A stretch of 64,000 nucleotides of DNA from Octopus vulgaris (taxonomy: Eukaryota). The stretch spans positions 97,526,001-97,590,000 of the forward strand of contig OX597822.1 in the NCBI GenBank assembly GCA_951406725.2, read 5' to 3'. Positions 53,690-64,000 of this stretch are shown here, piece after piece (the first letter of the stretch is position 1; every line of letters starts with the position of its first letter). Under the pieces are notes generated by a model that did not search any database, had not been told where the DNA came from, and saw only the letters and a list, made by a program, of their open reading frames with translations. A program made the position numbers and the translations under genes.

Positions 53690-53995
53690 AAAAAGCACCA
53701 TCCGAATCGTGGCCGAAGCCAGTGCCGCCTCGACTGGCTTCCGTGCAGGTGGCACGTAAAATGCACCAATCTGACCGTGGACGATGCCAGCCTCACCTGG
53801 CACCAGTGCAGGGGGCACGTAAAAAGCACCCACTACACTCACGGAGTGATTGGTGTTAGGAAGGGCATCCAGCTGTAGAAACATTGCCAGATAAGACCGG
53901 AGCCTGGTGCAGCCTTCTGGCTTCCCAGATCCCCGGTCGAACCGTCCAACCCATGCTAGCATGGAGAACGGACGTTAAATGATGATGATGATGAT
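53690..53995 (+). mobile_element. RTE 3'-UTR copy
   Basis: Same family; close to 57438-57694 in sequence. Confidence 0.8.
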
Positions 53996-54064
53996 TACAT
54001 GCATTCTTTAGACATAGCAAAATATGACATTTACCCCCATTAACACGCCCTCCCATTATTTTTA

Positions 54065-54495
54065 TAAATAAGTAAAATCCCTAGCTGGTGACCCGAGATG
54101 GAGGCTGTCCTCCATCTCTGCAATCAATATGCAGCCATGGGTGCTGCTAGATGACGGACTCTGGTGGTGATGTTATTCCATGCTTTCCAATCTATGGCAT
54201 TGATCTTAGCATGCTTGAGGTTGAAGCACTGTGACCTCAGGTCTTCCTCAGTTTTTTTGCCCATGTCTTCTATGGGGCACTGTACTGGATTCTCCAGTGC
54301 GTGGGTTGATAACCACCACAAAAGTTGGTGTGGTAGTCTTCCAGTGTTCAACTATAGCCTGTACTGCCAGACTTGGTCTTCAATGGTCAGCTGTTGCTGG
54401 TATTGTTTTCAGATGCTGTTTGAGATCCAGTCATGTAGAGAGACACCAAGGAACTGACATAGACACCACATTTGGAACTCCCTGGGATGGGTGAC
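54065..54495 (-). mobile_element. Decayed LINE (RTE-like) RT C-terminal fragment
   Basis: FQMWCL..LGVSLHDWISN..RLPHQLLW..AIDWKAW. Confidence 0.5.
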
Positions 54496-54550
54496 TTTGA
54501 AATGGTATACTATGCTACCATAGATAATATCAGGAAATATGGCATATATA

Positions 54551-54603
<53 letters not shown>

Positions 54604-54664
54604 AGAGAGAAAGAGAGAGAGTGTTAGTGGTTGTAGTAACCGACAAAGTGATAAAATATCTGTA

Positions 54665-56116
54665 TTGTAAATCCTCGAGTATAATCCGCATTTTTTCCCC
54701 AAAATTTAAAGGTCAAAATTTCTAGTGTGTACTATATACGAGGTTAAAAATGAAAAATATTTTCTATGCAATGTCTGAGTCACTATTTGCTGTCCGGCAA
54801 TGTTTATTCAGATACATTTTGTGATGTCGGGTGCAAAAATACCTTAAGCTAAGCCTGAAAGCAATGAAGTCATAAAAGAATCATCCATAACTTGCAGTAA
54901 GCAACATTTATATTAAAATAAAAGTATTCAGAACACAGAAAAACATACAACAAAAAACAATTTTCAAACATATTTCTCGCTGTGGACCTAACTTTGATAT
55001 GCAAATGGATCATGTATGCATGGAATGAACTTGATCCCCAGATTATTGTGAAAAGTTTTATCAAATACTAGCAGTATCGCCCGGCGTTGCTCGGGTTTGT
55101 AAGGGAAATAACCATATAAGCATTTTTAGAGAGTTACTTCCCTTATAGATGCCAATTCGGGCTTTCTTAGCCATTTCTATTTTGGTGTCTTCAAGCCATG
55201 AAGTCGTTGTTCTAAAAGAACGCTGGTCTCCTTGACAACGCTTTACGACGTTGATTTCCTTACACTCCCTTCCCCACAGCTTCACGAGGGAGGGAAGAAG
55301 GGGAGAAGCAAACAGGTGCATGTGAGCGTGGATGCCAACTCCGCCGCCATCGACACACGGAAAATTATGCATTAAAATGGAATAAAAAATGATGTTAAAT
55401 TATTTTTAAAATCGTAGACTCATCGTAGACGCGCGCTAATACTCGATATGACGGGCTCGATATGAATCACGACTATAAGATACCCGAATTTGGTTAAACT
55501 GCACCGCAAAATGTGGGAGTAGTTAGGAATCTAAATCGAAGGGGACAAACACTCACACAACTACAGTTTTATATATATAGATTGTATACCGTTTGCACCG
55601 GATGGTACTCAAGGTGATGTTGCATGGAAAGATGAAATAAATGAAAGTGAATCTTCTGATATTGACTATGAATCTGACGATGATGGAGATTTACCCTACA
55701 ATGATGCTGACATGTTTATCGAGGAACAAATGGAACAGTTATTTGATGCTAAAAGTGACATTGAATTTGAAGGATTTGAATAAATATTTTTGCTTTTGTT
55801 ACTGATAGTGATAAAATATGTAAAGGCAATTTACTTAATATTTATTTTTCATTGACGTTATTACTGTTATTTCTTTATTTTCTGCAAACAAAATGCACAA
55901 AAAAGCTTCACGTTTGCATTATGTTATATATACAATAATAATAAAGGACGTTACCATATACATTTTTACAAACCAAGGACGTTATATAGACCTCCTTGAC
56001 TCAAGTTAGAGAAGGGGTGCGTATTATACACAAGGTTTAGGTTTTTCAGAGGTATAGCCCCCTAAAAATCCCCTGTGTATTATACTCAAGGGCGGGCTAT
56101 ACTCGAGGATTTATGG
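54665..56116 (+). mobile_element. pogo-like (Tc1/mariner superfamily) internally deleted DNA transposon
   Basis: TIRs (T/C)(T/C)RTAAATCCTCGAGTATA flanked by TA. Transposase C-terminus 54982-55067 plus 55582-55783: LTLICKWIMYAWNELDPQIIVKSFIKYCI..DGTQGDVAW..acidic..SDIEFEGFE*. Confidence 0.85.
55068..55581 (-). mobile_element. Non-autonomous Helitron nested in a pogo-like element
   Basis: TC...CTAG termini and A|T target; shares ~65 bp of 3' end with 19794/50064 but has a different body; removing it restores the pogo transposase frame. Confidence 0.88.
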
Positions 56117-56494
56117 TATATACTATCAGTATCCGTTACCTGTGTTATCCCCTGGCAATGATGTTCAGGGACACCATATATGTTAAGCACAGGTGACAGT
56201 AGGATAAACAAAAGTTTATCAGGAACCAATGCAAATAATTAGAAAATAGAGAAAAGCATAGATTAACTAGTACAACGATAGGACCACATCTAAAGCTTGT
56301 TTATTGATACAAAGCAAGACATAACAAAACTAACAGCTGTTTCTGATCAGATTCTCAGAATGCAGTCTATGCATAAATGCAGAAATAAAATTCTTCATCT
56401 TAATAGGGCATTCAAATTAAGAGTGAAAAACAAGAGACCAACAAATTAATGAAGACTAGGGAAATGCTTCTGTAGCTTTGATATGGTTTTAGCA

Positions 56495-56708
56495 TACTCT
56501 TTTACTCTTTTATTTGTTTCAGTCATTTGACTGTGGCCATGCTGGAGCACCGCCTTTAGTCGAGCAAATCGACCCCGGGACTTATTCTTTGTAAGCCTAG
56601 TACTTATTCTATCAGTCTCTTTTGCCGAACCGCTAAGTGACGGGGACGTAAACACGCCAGCATCGGTTGTCAGGCGATGTTGGGGGACACACAGACACAC
56701 AAACATAT

Positions 56709-56739
<31 letters not shown>

Positions 56740-56911
56740 CATATATACGACGGGCTTCTTTCAGTTTCTGTCTACCAAATCCACTCACAAGGCTTTGGTC
56801 GGCACGAGGCTATAGTAGAAGATACTTGCCCAAGGTGCCACGCAGTGGGACTGAACCCGGAACCACGTGGTTGGTAAACAAGCTACTTACCATACAGCCA
56901 CTCCTGCACCT
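56495..56911 (-). mobile_element. SINE family B
   Basis: Homologous to 1363-1764. Confidence 0.85.
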
Positions 56912-57437
56912 ATATAATATATTCTTTAATATCTAATATATTCTTATTACATACTGGTATTTACTTAATTTTTACTACAATTTGCTATATACGAAGTTTA
57001 GCCATATTTTTTTCCCTAGTCTTCATTGATCTACTGTTGGTCTACTGCAACCTGTTGCCTCCCCTTAAACACTTAATTTGTTAGTTTCTATGTTCCCCTC
57101 TCATGTGCCATACTGTTAAGAGACTGAAGGACATAAGGTTGTCTTCAAATTCTACTCACTGTCTTATCTCCCTTACCTTTTTTTTCTTCCCTTCATTTTC
57201 TTGTTTATCAATAAACAAACCCTTTGTAACAGTTTTAACTTGTGAATTGTTTTAAATTGTTACTGACCAGTGTAGAGACCGCTGGTCTTAGACTTACTCC
57301 ATTGTGTACCATAGGTGGGGTTTTCTTGGTATTAATTTCCTGTGAGTAAATTTTTTATTTAGCAACCTACGTTAATTGTTTAACTTTACTTAAGTTTACT
57401 CTGTTTAACATAGGTTTGACCTTTGAGAATTATATTA

Positions 57438-57694
57438 GCCGGTGGCACGTAAAATGCACCAATCCGACCGTGGCCGATGCCAGCCTTGCCTGGCACCAGT
57501 GCAGGTGGCACGTAAAAAGCACCCACTACACTCACGGAGTGGTTGGTGTTAGGAAGGGCATCCAGCTGTAGAAACATTGCCAGATAAGACCGGAGCCTGG
57601 TGCAGCCTTCTGGCTTCCCAGATCCCCGGTCGAACCGTCCAACCCATGCTAGCATGGAGAACGGACGTTAAACGATGATGATGATGATGATGAT
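57438..57694 (+). mobile_element. RTE 3'-UTR copy
   Basis: Same family, (GAT)n tail. Confidence 0.8.
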
Positions 57695-58150
57695 TAGTAT
57701 CTTATTTACATAGAGCTTCTGGATAACTTCTTCTTTTAACACCCTGACCCCCACCCATCCTAACTGCACCCTCCTGTTAATAACTTGTAGTATTCCCTAG
57801 TCCTTTAATAGCTCATTCTCTCATCTACATTCTTTGAGCTCAGATGGTAAATAATTGCATGCACTTAACATATTGGGCCTTTAGACTATTTGTCTAAACC
57901 ATGTTTTCTTACCTCTTCTTTTTTCTTTTTGTTTATATTGTATGTTCTTGTTTTTCACTCTGATGAAGATCGGTTGCCTTAATTCAAATACCCTATGAAG
58001 ATGAAGAATTTTATTCTCGCAATTATGTATAGACTGCATTCTGGGTATCTGATTAAAAACAGCTGTTAATTTTGTATCAGTAAACAAACTTTAAATGTGG
58101 TCCTGTTGATGTACTGGTTAATCTAAGTTTTTCCCCATTTTCTAATCATT

Positions 58151-58195
<45 letters not shown>

Positions 58196-58316
58196 TAGCA
58201 GCATAGCCCGGCGTTGCCCGGGTATGTAAGAGCCCCTAGTAGGCAACGACTAATCCCAATGTAGTCCTTTCCCTCCAGGGAACGAAGGTGCATGTGGACG
58301 TTGCAATGTCTTGTCT

Positions 58317-61300
58317 TCACTGGAATACTTCTGTATATACGATGTTCCTAGCTGTCCGTTTGGGCGAAATCATGAAAACATCATTGCACCTCCCAACGCG
58401 TGAACAGCCCACGTAGAGTTGACCGTGGGCGAAGCACTGTTCGCCCAAATGTAACCCAGCGACTTGTAGCGTTTGGCCTTGGGATTTATTGATGGACATT
58501 GCGAAGCAGAGTTTAACAGGAAACTGAGAATGCCTGAAGTGGATTGGTAGGTCAGCGCCCGACGGTTGAAGGTGCATCCGTGGAATGAAGACGTCCTCTC
58601 CCTTCCCACAACCGGTAAGTATTGTGGCCGTTATTAAATGTGGTGCCAAATGTTTCACAACCAAACGTGTGCCGTTGCACTGTTTAGGTGGAACCAAATT
58701 CCTGATGAGCATAATGGGCGCACCGACTTTTAACTTCAGGATGTGTGGTGGCAGGCCTGGCGGTTCAAGTGAATTCAGGAATTCAACAGGATAATCGGCA
58801 AGCTGGGCGGGGTCTGCTGTCCTATCTATAGATTTGTAGACGTGGACATCACCAGGAATAGCTTCAAGTAGCTGGATATTGATGGAGTTGACGGTTGTAT
58901 TTTTGGGTGCGAGAATAGCTCTGCCTGCCAGCCATTTTAGGTCGCGTAAATTGTTTTGTAGGTCATGGAAGACAGCGTCCCGGAGGCTAGCAGGGGTGTC
59001 GACAATGGTGCAAAGTGAGTCCAATTGAACGTAGCCATCCGCATCAGACAGCATCCTATTTTCACCGAGCGATAAGAGGTCCCTGGAGAATGCAGCGGAT
59101 CCGCTGTCACCAATTAACTGCGCGCGCATGTTAGTTTGGAGGTGCAAGGGCCGCACATGTGCCCAAAGAGCTGACGACTTAAGGCACGCGCGCACGGCAT
59201 CGGCACGGGTTCCTTTTGGAATAACAGGTAGAGTCTGCCTGAAGTCTCCTGAAAGAAGTAAAGTTAATCCTCCCATGGGGGCCGTAGAGTCTCTGATGTC
59301 TTGCAGGGACCTGTCCAGTGCCTCAAGGGCGCCTTTGTGTGCCATAGTGCACTCGTCCCATACGATGAGTTTGCATCTGCGCAGAATGTCGGCCTGTTCT
59401 GAGTTCTTGGTGATGTTGCAGATAGGTGACGCGGACTTTGCCAGATCGAGCGGGAGTCTGAAGGCAGAGTGGGCGGTTCTGCCACCCGGAAGCAACGTGG
59501 CCGCAATACCAGAGGAAGCTACAGCCAGGGCAATGTCCGTGTTGCGTCTGACCTCCGCCAGAATTAGTTTAGTGACGAAGGTTTTGCCAGTGCCGCCGGG
59601 TGCATCAAGGAAGAAAATCCCCCCACGTTGCTGTCTGACAGAGTCTACGATGGTGTTGTAGGCTATGCGCTGGTCTGGAAGCAGCCGTGGTTCATTATCT
59701 TGGATGTACTGGTGCAGTTCCTCAATGCAGTAGGAAGTTTCGCGTAACAATTCAGCAGACATAACATTGGCGTGTTCACGTGTGGGTGGTGGAAGGCCGT
59801 ACTCTGTTAAAGCAGACCCACCCATATCGATGACAGCGTCTTCGAGTTGAATGAGCGCAAAATTGTAAATGAAGTTGGTGAACGTGATCTCGGCGGAAGG
59901 GCAGTGTTGCTGAGCCGTACGTAAGAAGTCGTGCGACATGTCATCCCTGTATTTCATCCAGAGACTTAGTGGATCACTAAGCTGACATTTTTGAAGAAGG
60001 ATTGCGAAAAGATGTCGTAGGGCCGAATGCGTTTGCAGTAAAGCACCCTCTGCCATCGTGGCGTCCCACTGGGAGTCATCCTCTAGAAGGCCAAGTCTCA
60101 TACATGCTTCCCTGAAGGTGTCGCACAGAACCCCATTGACGGTACGTATATTGGCGAAACCTGTTGGACCAGTGACCTCATGTAGAAGGAGACGGAGGTA
60201 GAAGCATTCTTGCTGGTTTGGCGGGATGTTGTAAACTCGACCCAGGCAGGAGTCAAACTTGACGCCTGGGAAGCTTTCGACGTTTTTGCCGGATTTCCGT
60301 CGAACCCAGGTGTTTTTAGACCACACGAAGTACGATGGGACCTGTGGGTACAAAAGCGTTCGAGCGAAGTCATCACGTTGTGTCTTTAGGGCTGGTGGCT
60401 ATCTGCACAGCACTTTGCTCTGTGAAGTAAATCCGCTGTCCATTTTCCAAGTGTACAGCAAGCTGCACCACAGCCGGGTGTCTCTGATGGAGCGGGAAGC
60501 CGTAAATGCGCCAAAACGCTTCGTTGCTGCTGAGGTACCGGCCAGCCAAATAGTTGGACACTTCGTCGCGACTGGTGGTCCTCTGGATGCTGAACATGGC
60601 AGCATCGCTGCCTTTGTTGATATATTTGCAGACATATTGTATTGACCTGATGGAGCTGCAGAACTCAACGTTGACGTGGGCTTTGAATATCTTCGACAGG
60701 AGAGGACAGTAGGGGACAATGTAGCTGTTGTCCACTTGATGTCGCCCAACCGTAATCGTGCGGCCTCCATTGGCTGGACTCCTTCGTTTGTACAGCGGAT
60801 ACCCATCGCCGCCTGTTTGAGTCTCCAAAGTGAACCGTTTAGGGAATCCCTTTGAGCAGGCTAATCCGTTTTTGTAGCATGGTGTGTTGGCGTAATTTGG
60901 TCCACAGGGCCCGTGTACCATGGTAGTGCGGACAATTTCGTAGAGTCCGGGGTCCTCATCGGGGTCAGGAATCTCGGCAGAAATGAATTTGTCAATGTCA
61001 TTAGTCTCGATTTTATGAGTGAGCCAAATTAAGATGTGAGCATGTGGCAAGCCCCTCTTTTGCCACTCGACCGAAAACATGTGGCACCTGACATGCCCGA
61101 AAATCTGACCCTTAACTATCAAATCCTTCATTTTGCCCAAATTCAGACGGAAAACCCTAGCAACGATGTCGTGTCGATGGGTGTGAGATTGACCCGGGAG
61201 GAGTTCGCGAGTGATTTCGTCGCAGCTGGGATTGCACGTGTAGGTGATAAAGAGGTCCGGCCGGCCGTAAATGCGCACGTAGGTCAAGGCGTCTTGGGTC

Positions 61301-63158
61301 CTTTCACGCATATATCGCGGTCCTCCCGTGAAGGTGGAGGGTAGAATGCATGGCTTGCCGATGTTGCGAGGGTCATTTTCTTGTTGCAAACCGTCACGGA
61401 GATGAATGTAGGAGTCGGAGCGAAGTTTGGTCTGATTAAGTTTAATGTATAGCAGCCTTTCCGATTCCATTCTTGCGGCCATGTCGACGGCGAACTGGTT
61501 GAATAGCTGACGACAACGGGGCAATAAGTTGAACTCACCCTCCCTGACCATGAACCGGTATGAGTAGAACGCCCTGCAGGAAACCGTCTTTGATGCCGCA
61601 GTAGTTTGATTGGAGGGCTGCCGTAAAGGAATTCGAAGTGGTAGCCGTCTTCCCCATAAGGGAAAAGCAATGGATACTGAAGCGCGTCATAAGATCTGTG
61701 AGTCTCGCTGATCCTGTGTAGGTTGTTACCACGGGAGGAGATGATTATGTCACGGCTGTTGTGTTGCTCTCCGTGTATAACTGCGGCAATTTCGTTGCAC
61801 GCAGGTGCGTTGAAACGGCGTTCGTGCTCCCCGTGGGGTCGTTTATCAGCATCAATGACAACGGTGAAGTTTGGAGATGGAGCACTGTCCAAGGCATATC
61901 TGAAGCTGCAGACGTAGCTGTTGATATCATGAAGCATGGTTTGGAGACGGAGAAGAATGTCTTTGCGGGGAACATAGCTTGTACCCGGTATTATTCCAAG
62001 GCGTGCATCAACCTGGTGGTTGTAGTCGGCAATGAAGTATATTTGGAGGAAAGAAGACTGCTGAATCTCGTCCGGCAGAAGTGACCCAATAAGATGGTAG
62101 ACCTGTCCCTGCACTTTGAAAGTAGGCATCCAGCCTTCTCTGGGAGGAATTTTGGCCCCGAAAGAGGTCATTTGGAATGAGCAGTTGTACTTTCGAATTA
62201 TTTCAAGGAATTGTGACGAATCGGGGGTTAAACCCGCCGCGAGATCCTTCAGTGGTTGAGGTGGTTCCCGTAGGGGTGGCAGGTCCACTTTGCCACCAGA
62301 GCAGCACAAACCAGGTGGCTCTCCGGGCCATTTCTTGGCTTTGCAAAACTGGCATACAATTGTCATTGACCCTATCTTGATGTCGTCACGCAAGGAGAAG
62401 TTAATTGTGGCGTCGTAGTTGAATGCTAGTGACAACCAGAAAGCGGGGGCAGGGGTACGTACACCACGAATGATATCCCGACGTTTGTTGATACTCTCAA
62501 GTCGAGTGCACCGTGCCTCAGCAGATTCAGATGCACGTGCGACAGCGGTAGCAGTGGCATCCCTTGAAAGCCTTTCAGCTCTCGCCTCAGCACCCTCTGA
62601 AGCCCTAGCAGAAGCAGTGTTAATGGCATGTCTGGATGTCCGAATAGTCCGTTGGTGTGGAGTTTCGGCAGATCGAGCCCTGGCTGTGTTTGCGGCGTTA
62701 GCAGCTTGGCGAGCTCTCCTCTGTTGAGGTGTTTCGACAGCTTTGGCCATGGCTTTGTTTGCGGCGTCAGCATCTTGGCGAGTTCTCCTCTGCTGTGAGG
62801 TTTCGACAGATCGTGTCCTGGCAGTGCTAGTGGCGTTAGCCGCATTCCGAATGGCCCTTTGTTCGTGGTTCTCGCGAGCTCTGCGGATGGAAGCACAGTA
62901 AGAAGCCCGCATGTTTTGGCTGGACTGTTGCTCTTTCGTCAACCTCGAGCGGAGGGAAGATCTGTACGCTGCGACCCTTGCAAGTCGGGTAGAACGGTCG
63001 CTAGTAGTTTCAGATGCCTGAGCAGCGGCATAATGGGAAGCTGTTTGCGAGAGGCGCAAGGCGGTTTCCTCGTGGGTCTCGCGTGCCCTTCTAGCCCTAG
63101 CAGCCGATGCCTTGGCCGTCCGAGGGCTGAGGAGGGTCCTTCTCTTCTTGGGTGGCAT
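58317..63158 (-). pseudogene. Helitron Rep/helicase (RepHel) transposase, about 1620 aa, intronless, broken by two frame lesions
   Basis: MPPKKRR start at 63158; Zn-finger-like CQFC..CC; HUH Rep motifs PDLFITYTCNP, VEWQKRGLPHAHILIW, QYVCKYINKG; Pif1-family helicase motifs LDAPGGTGKT, LIVWDE, GDFRQTLPV, FAMSINKSQGQT, HGQLYVGCSRV. Frameshift at ~61634 and deletion at ~60375. Confidence 0.93.
62460..63080 (-). repeat. Nine tandem 23-aa (69-nt) STPR-like repeats in the RepHel N-terminus
   Basis: ETHEETALRLSQTASHYAAAQAS / ETTSDRSTRLARVAAYRSSLRSR / ... / ETPQQRRARQAANAANTARARSA / ... / ESAEARCTRLESINKRRDIIRGV; exact 23-residue period. Confidence 0.85.
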
Positions 63159-63279
63159 TTTGGTGGATAGCAATGTGTTTGGCAAAGGTGTAATAAAAAG
63201 GAACACGTGGGGTAAGTATTTTGGTGGATAGCAATGTGTTTGGTAAAGGTGTAATAAAAAGGAGCTCGTGGGGTAAGTA
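63157..63279. repeat. 61-bp direct duplication immediately upstream of the RepHel ATG
   Basis: attttggtggatagcaatgtgtttgg..aaggtgtaataaaaagga..cgtggggtaagt at 63157 and 63218. Confidence 0.85.
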
Positions 63280-64000
63280 TCCGAAAATGTATAAAAATGT
63301 ACAAAAACGGCCAAAAAGCTGGCAGCAATGTGAGTGACAACAACGAAAAAGTCAAAAGTGATCAAACTGAACAAACGAAAGGAAAAGTTTTTTGATGCAC
63401 ACGACAAAAGTGGTTTATAATAAACCAAGAGTTTGCAAGTAGCGTCCGAGAACCGTTAGGGTACGTCAAAAATTGAAGGTAAAACGTTTGGGGTGGTAGT
63501 TATAAAGAAAGTTTAAACCAAAAAAGTATTCGAATAACTTGCGGCTGCAGCAGCTATTAGCAGAAGTGGCGGTAAAGTCTCGAATGTAATTTCTTCCTGG
63601 TAGGAATTGGTTGGATCGAATTATCGATAGCTAAAAAGGTCAAGTTGCGTCCCCTAGACAGTCTGGTTTGTGTTTAATACACAAATTTGTTTGCTATGTG
63701 TGCCACATATGATTAAATTAACCGATTTTTTCCAATAATGTATCCTATTGGAATAAAAAGGGCTATATAGCTCCTTGGAGCAGACATGATACTCGTTGTG
63801 AAAAAAAAAAGATTCCTGCCAATTTGTGAAAGATATTGTCGAAAATATGTCATCTTGAATTTGAACGCGATTTCCCAAAATGGCATGATTTTATCGATTG
63901 TTTCTGATGGTAAGGTATTGCATGGAAAACTAACGTCAGAATTGAGTTTCTTAGGGTAACATTAAGCTTCACCATGAGTTTGGTGAAAATCGATTGCAAG

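Larger units (their letters stand above)
58195..64000 (-). mobile_element. Autonomous-type Helitron (rolling-circle transposon); 5' end lies beyond the window
   Basis: Minus strand ends ...CCCGGGCAACGCCGGG-CTATGCTG-CTAG|T (GC hairpin at 58207-58222, CTAG at 58195-58198). RepHel coding region 58317-63158. 63633-64000 matches the non-autonomous copy at 34627-35000. Confidence 0.95.

Noticed and set aside
58317-63158. Bacterial contamination or phage helicase as the source of the GC-rich block
   Set aside because: HUH Rep plus Pif1 fusion, Helitron hairpin/CTAG end, and derivative copies embedded in host DNA.
58585-63170. Plus-strand and alternate-frame ORFs inside the Helitron
   Set aside because: Shadow ORFs of GC-rich coding sequence, with no motifs.
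63159-63428. N-terminal extension of the 714-aa ORF
   Set aside because: Non-ATG start, crosses a 61-bp non-triplet duplication; MPPKKRR at 63158 is the plausible start.

Overview
AT-rich, microsatellite-saturated animal genomic DNA. The repeat make-up resembles a coleoid cephalopod such as Octopus (inference). Most of the window appears to be introns of one + strand gene with small, phase-compatible exons (C2-like segment followed by coiled coil; not identified). The introns hold tRNA-derived SINEs, RTE/CR1/RLE LINE 3' ends, Penelope-like elements, Tc1/mariner/maT/pogo remnants and TTAA (piggyBac-type) MITEs. The right end contains a GC-rich, nearly intact Helitron (- strand; RepHel with nine 23-aa STPR-like repeats, two frame lesions), and four non-autonomous Helitrons with swapped ends lie upstream. 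The least obvious signal is a set of about 10 minimal type I hammerhead ribozyme motifs. These include a palindromic family with a compensatory G3:C8 core on both strands and a 357-bp circularly permuted, retrozyme-like monomer. Nearly all ORFs in the supplied track are microsatellite or repeat artefacts.
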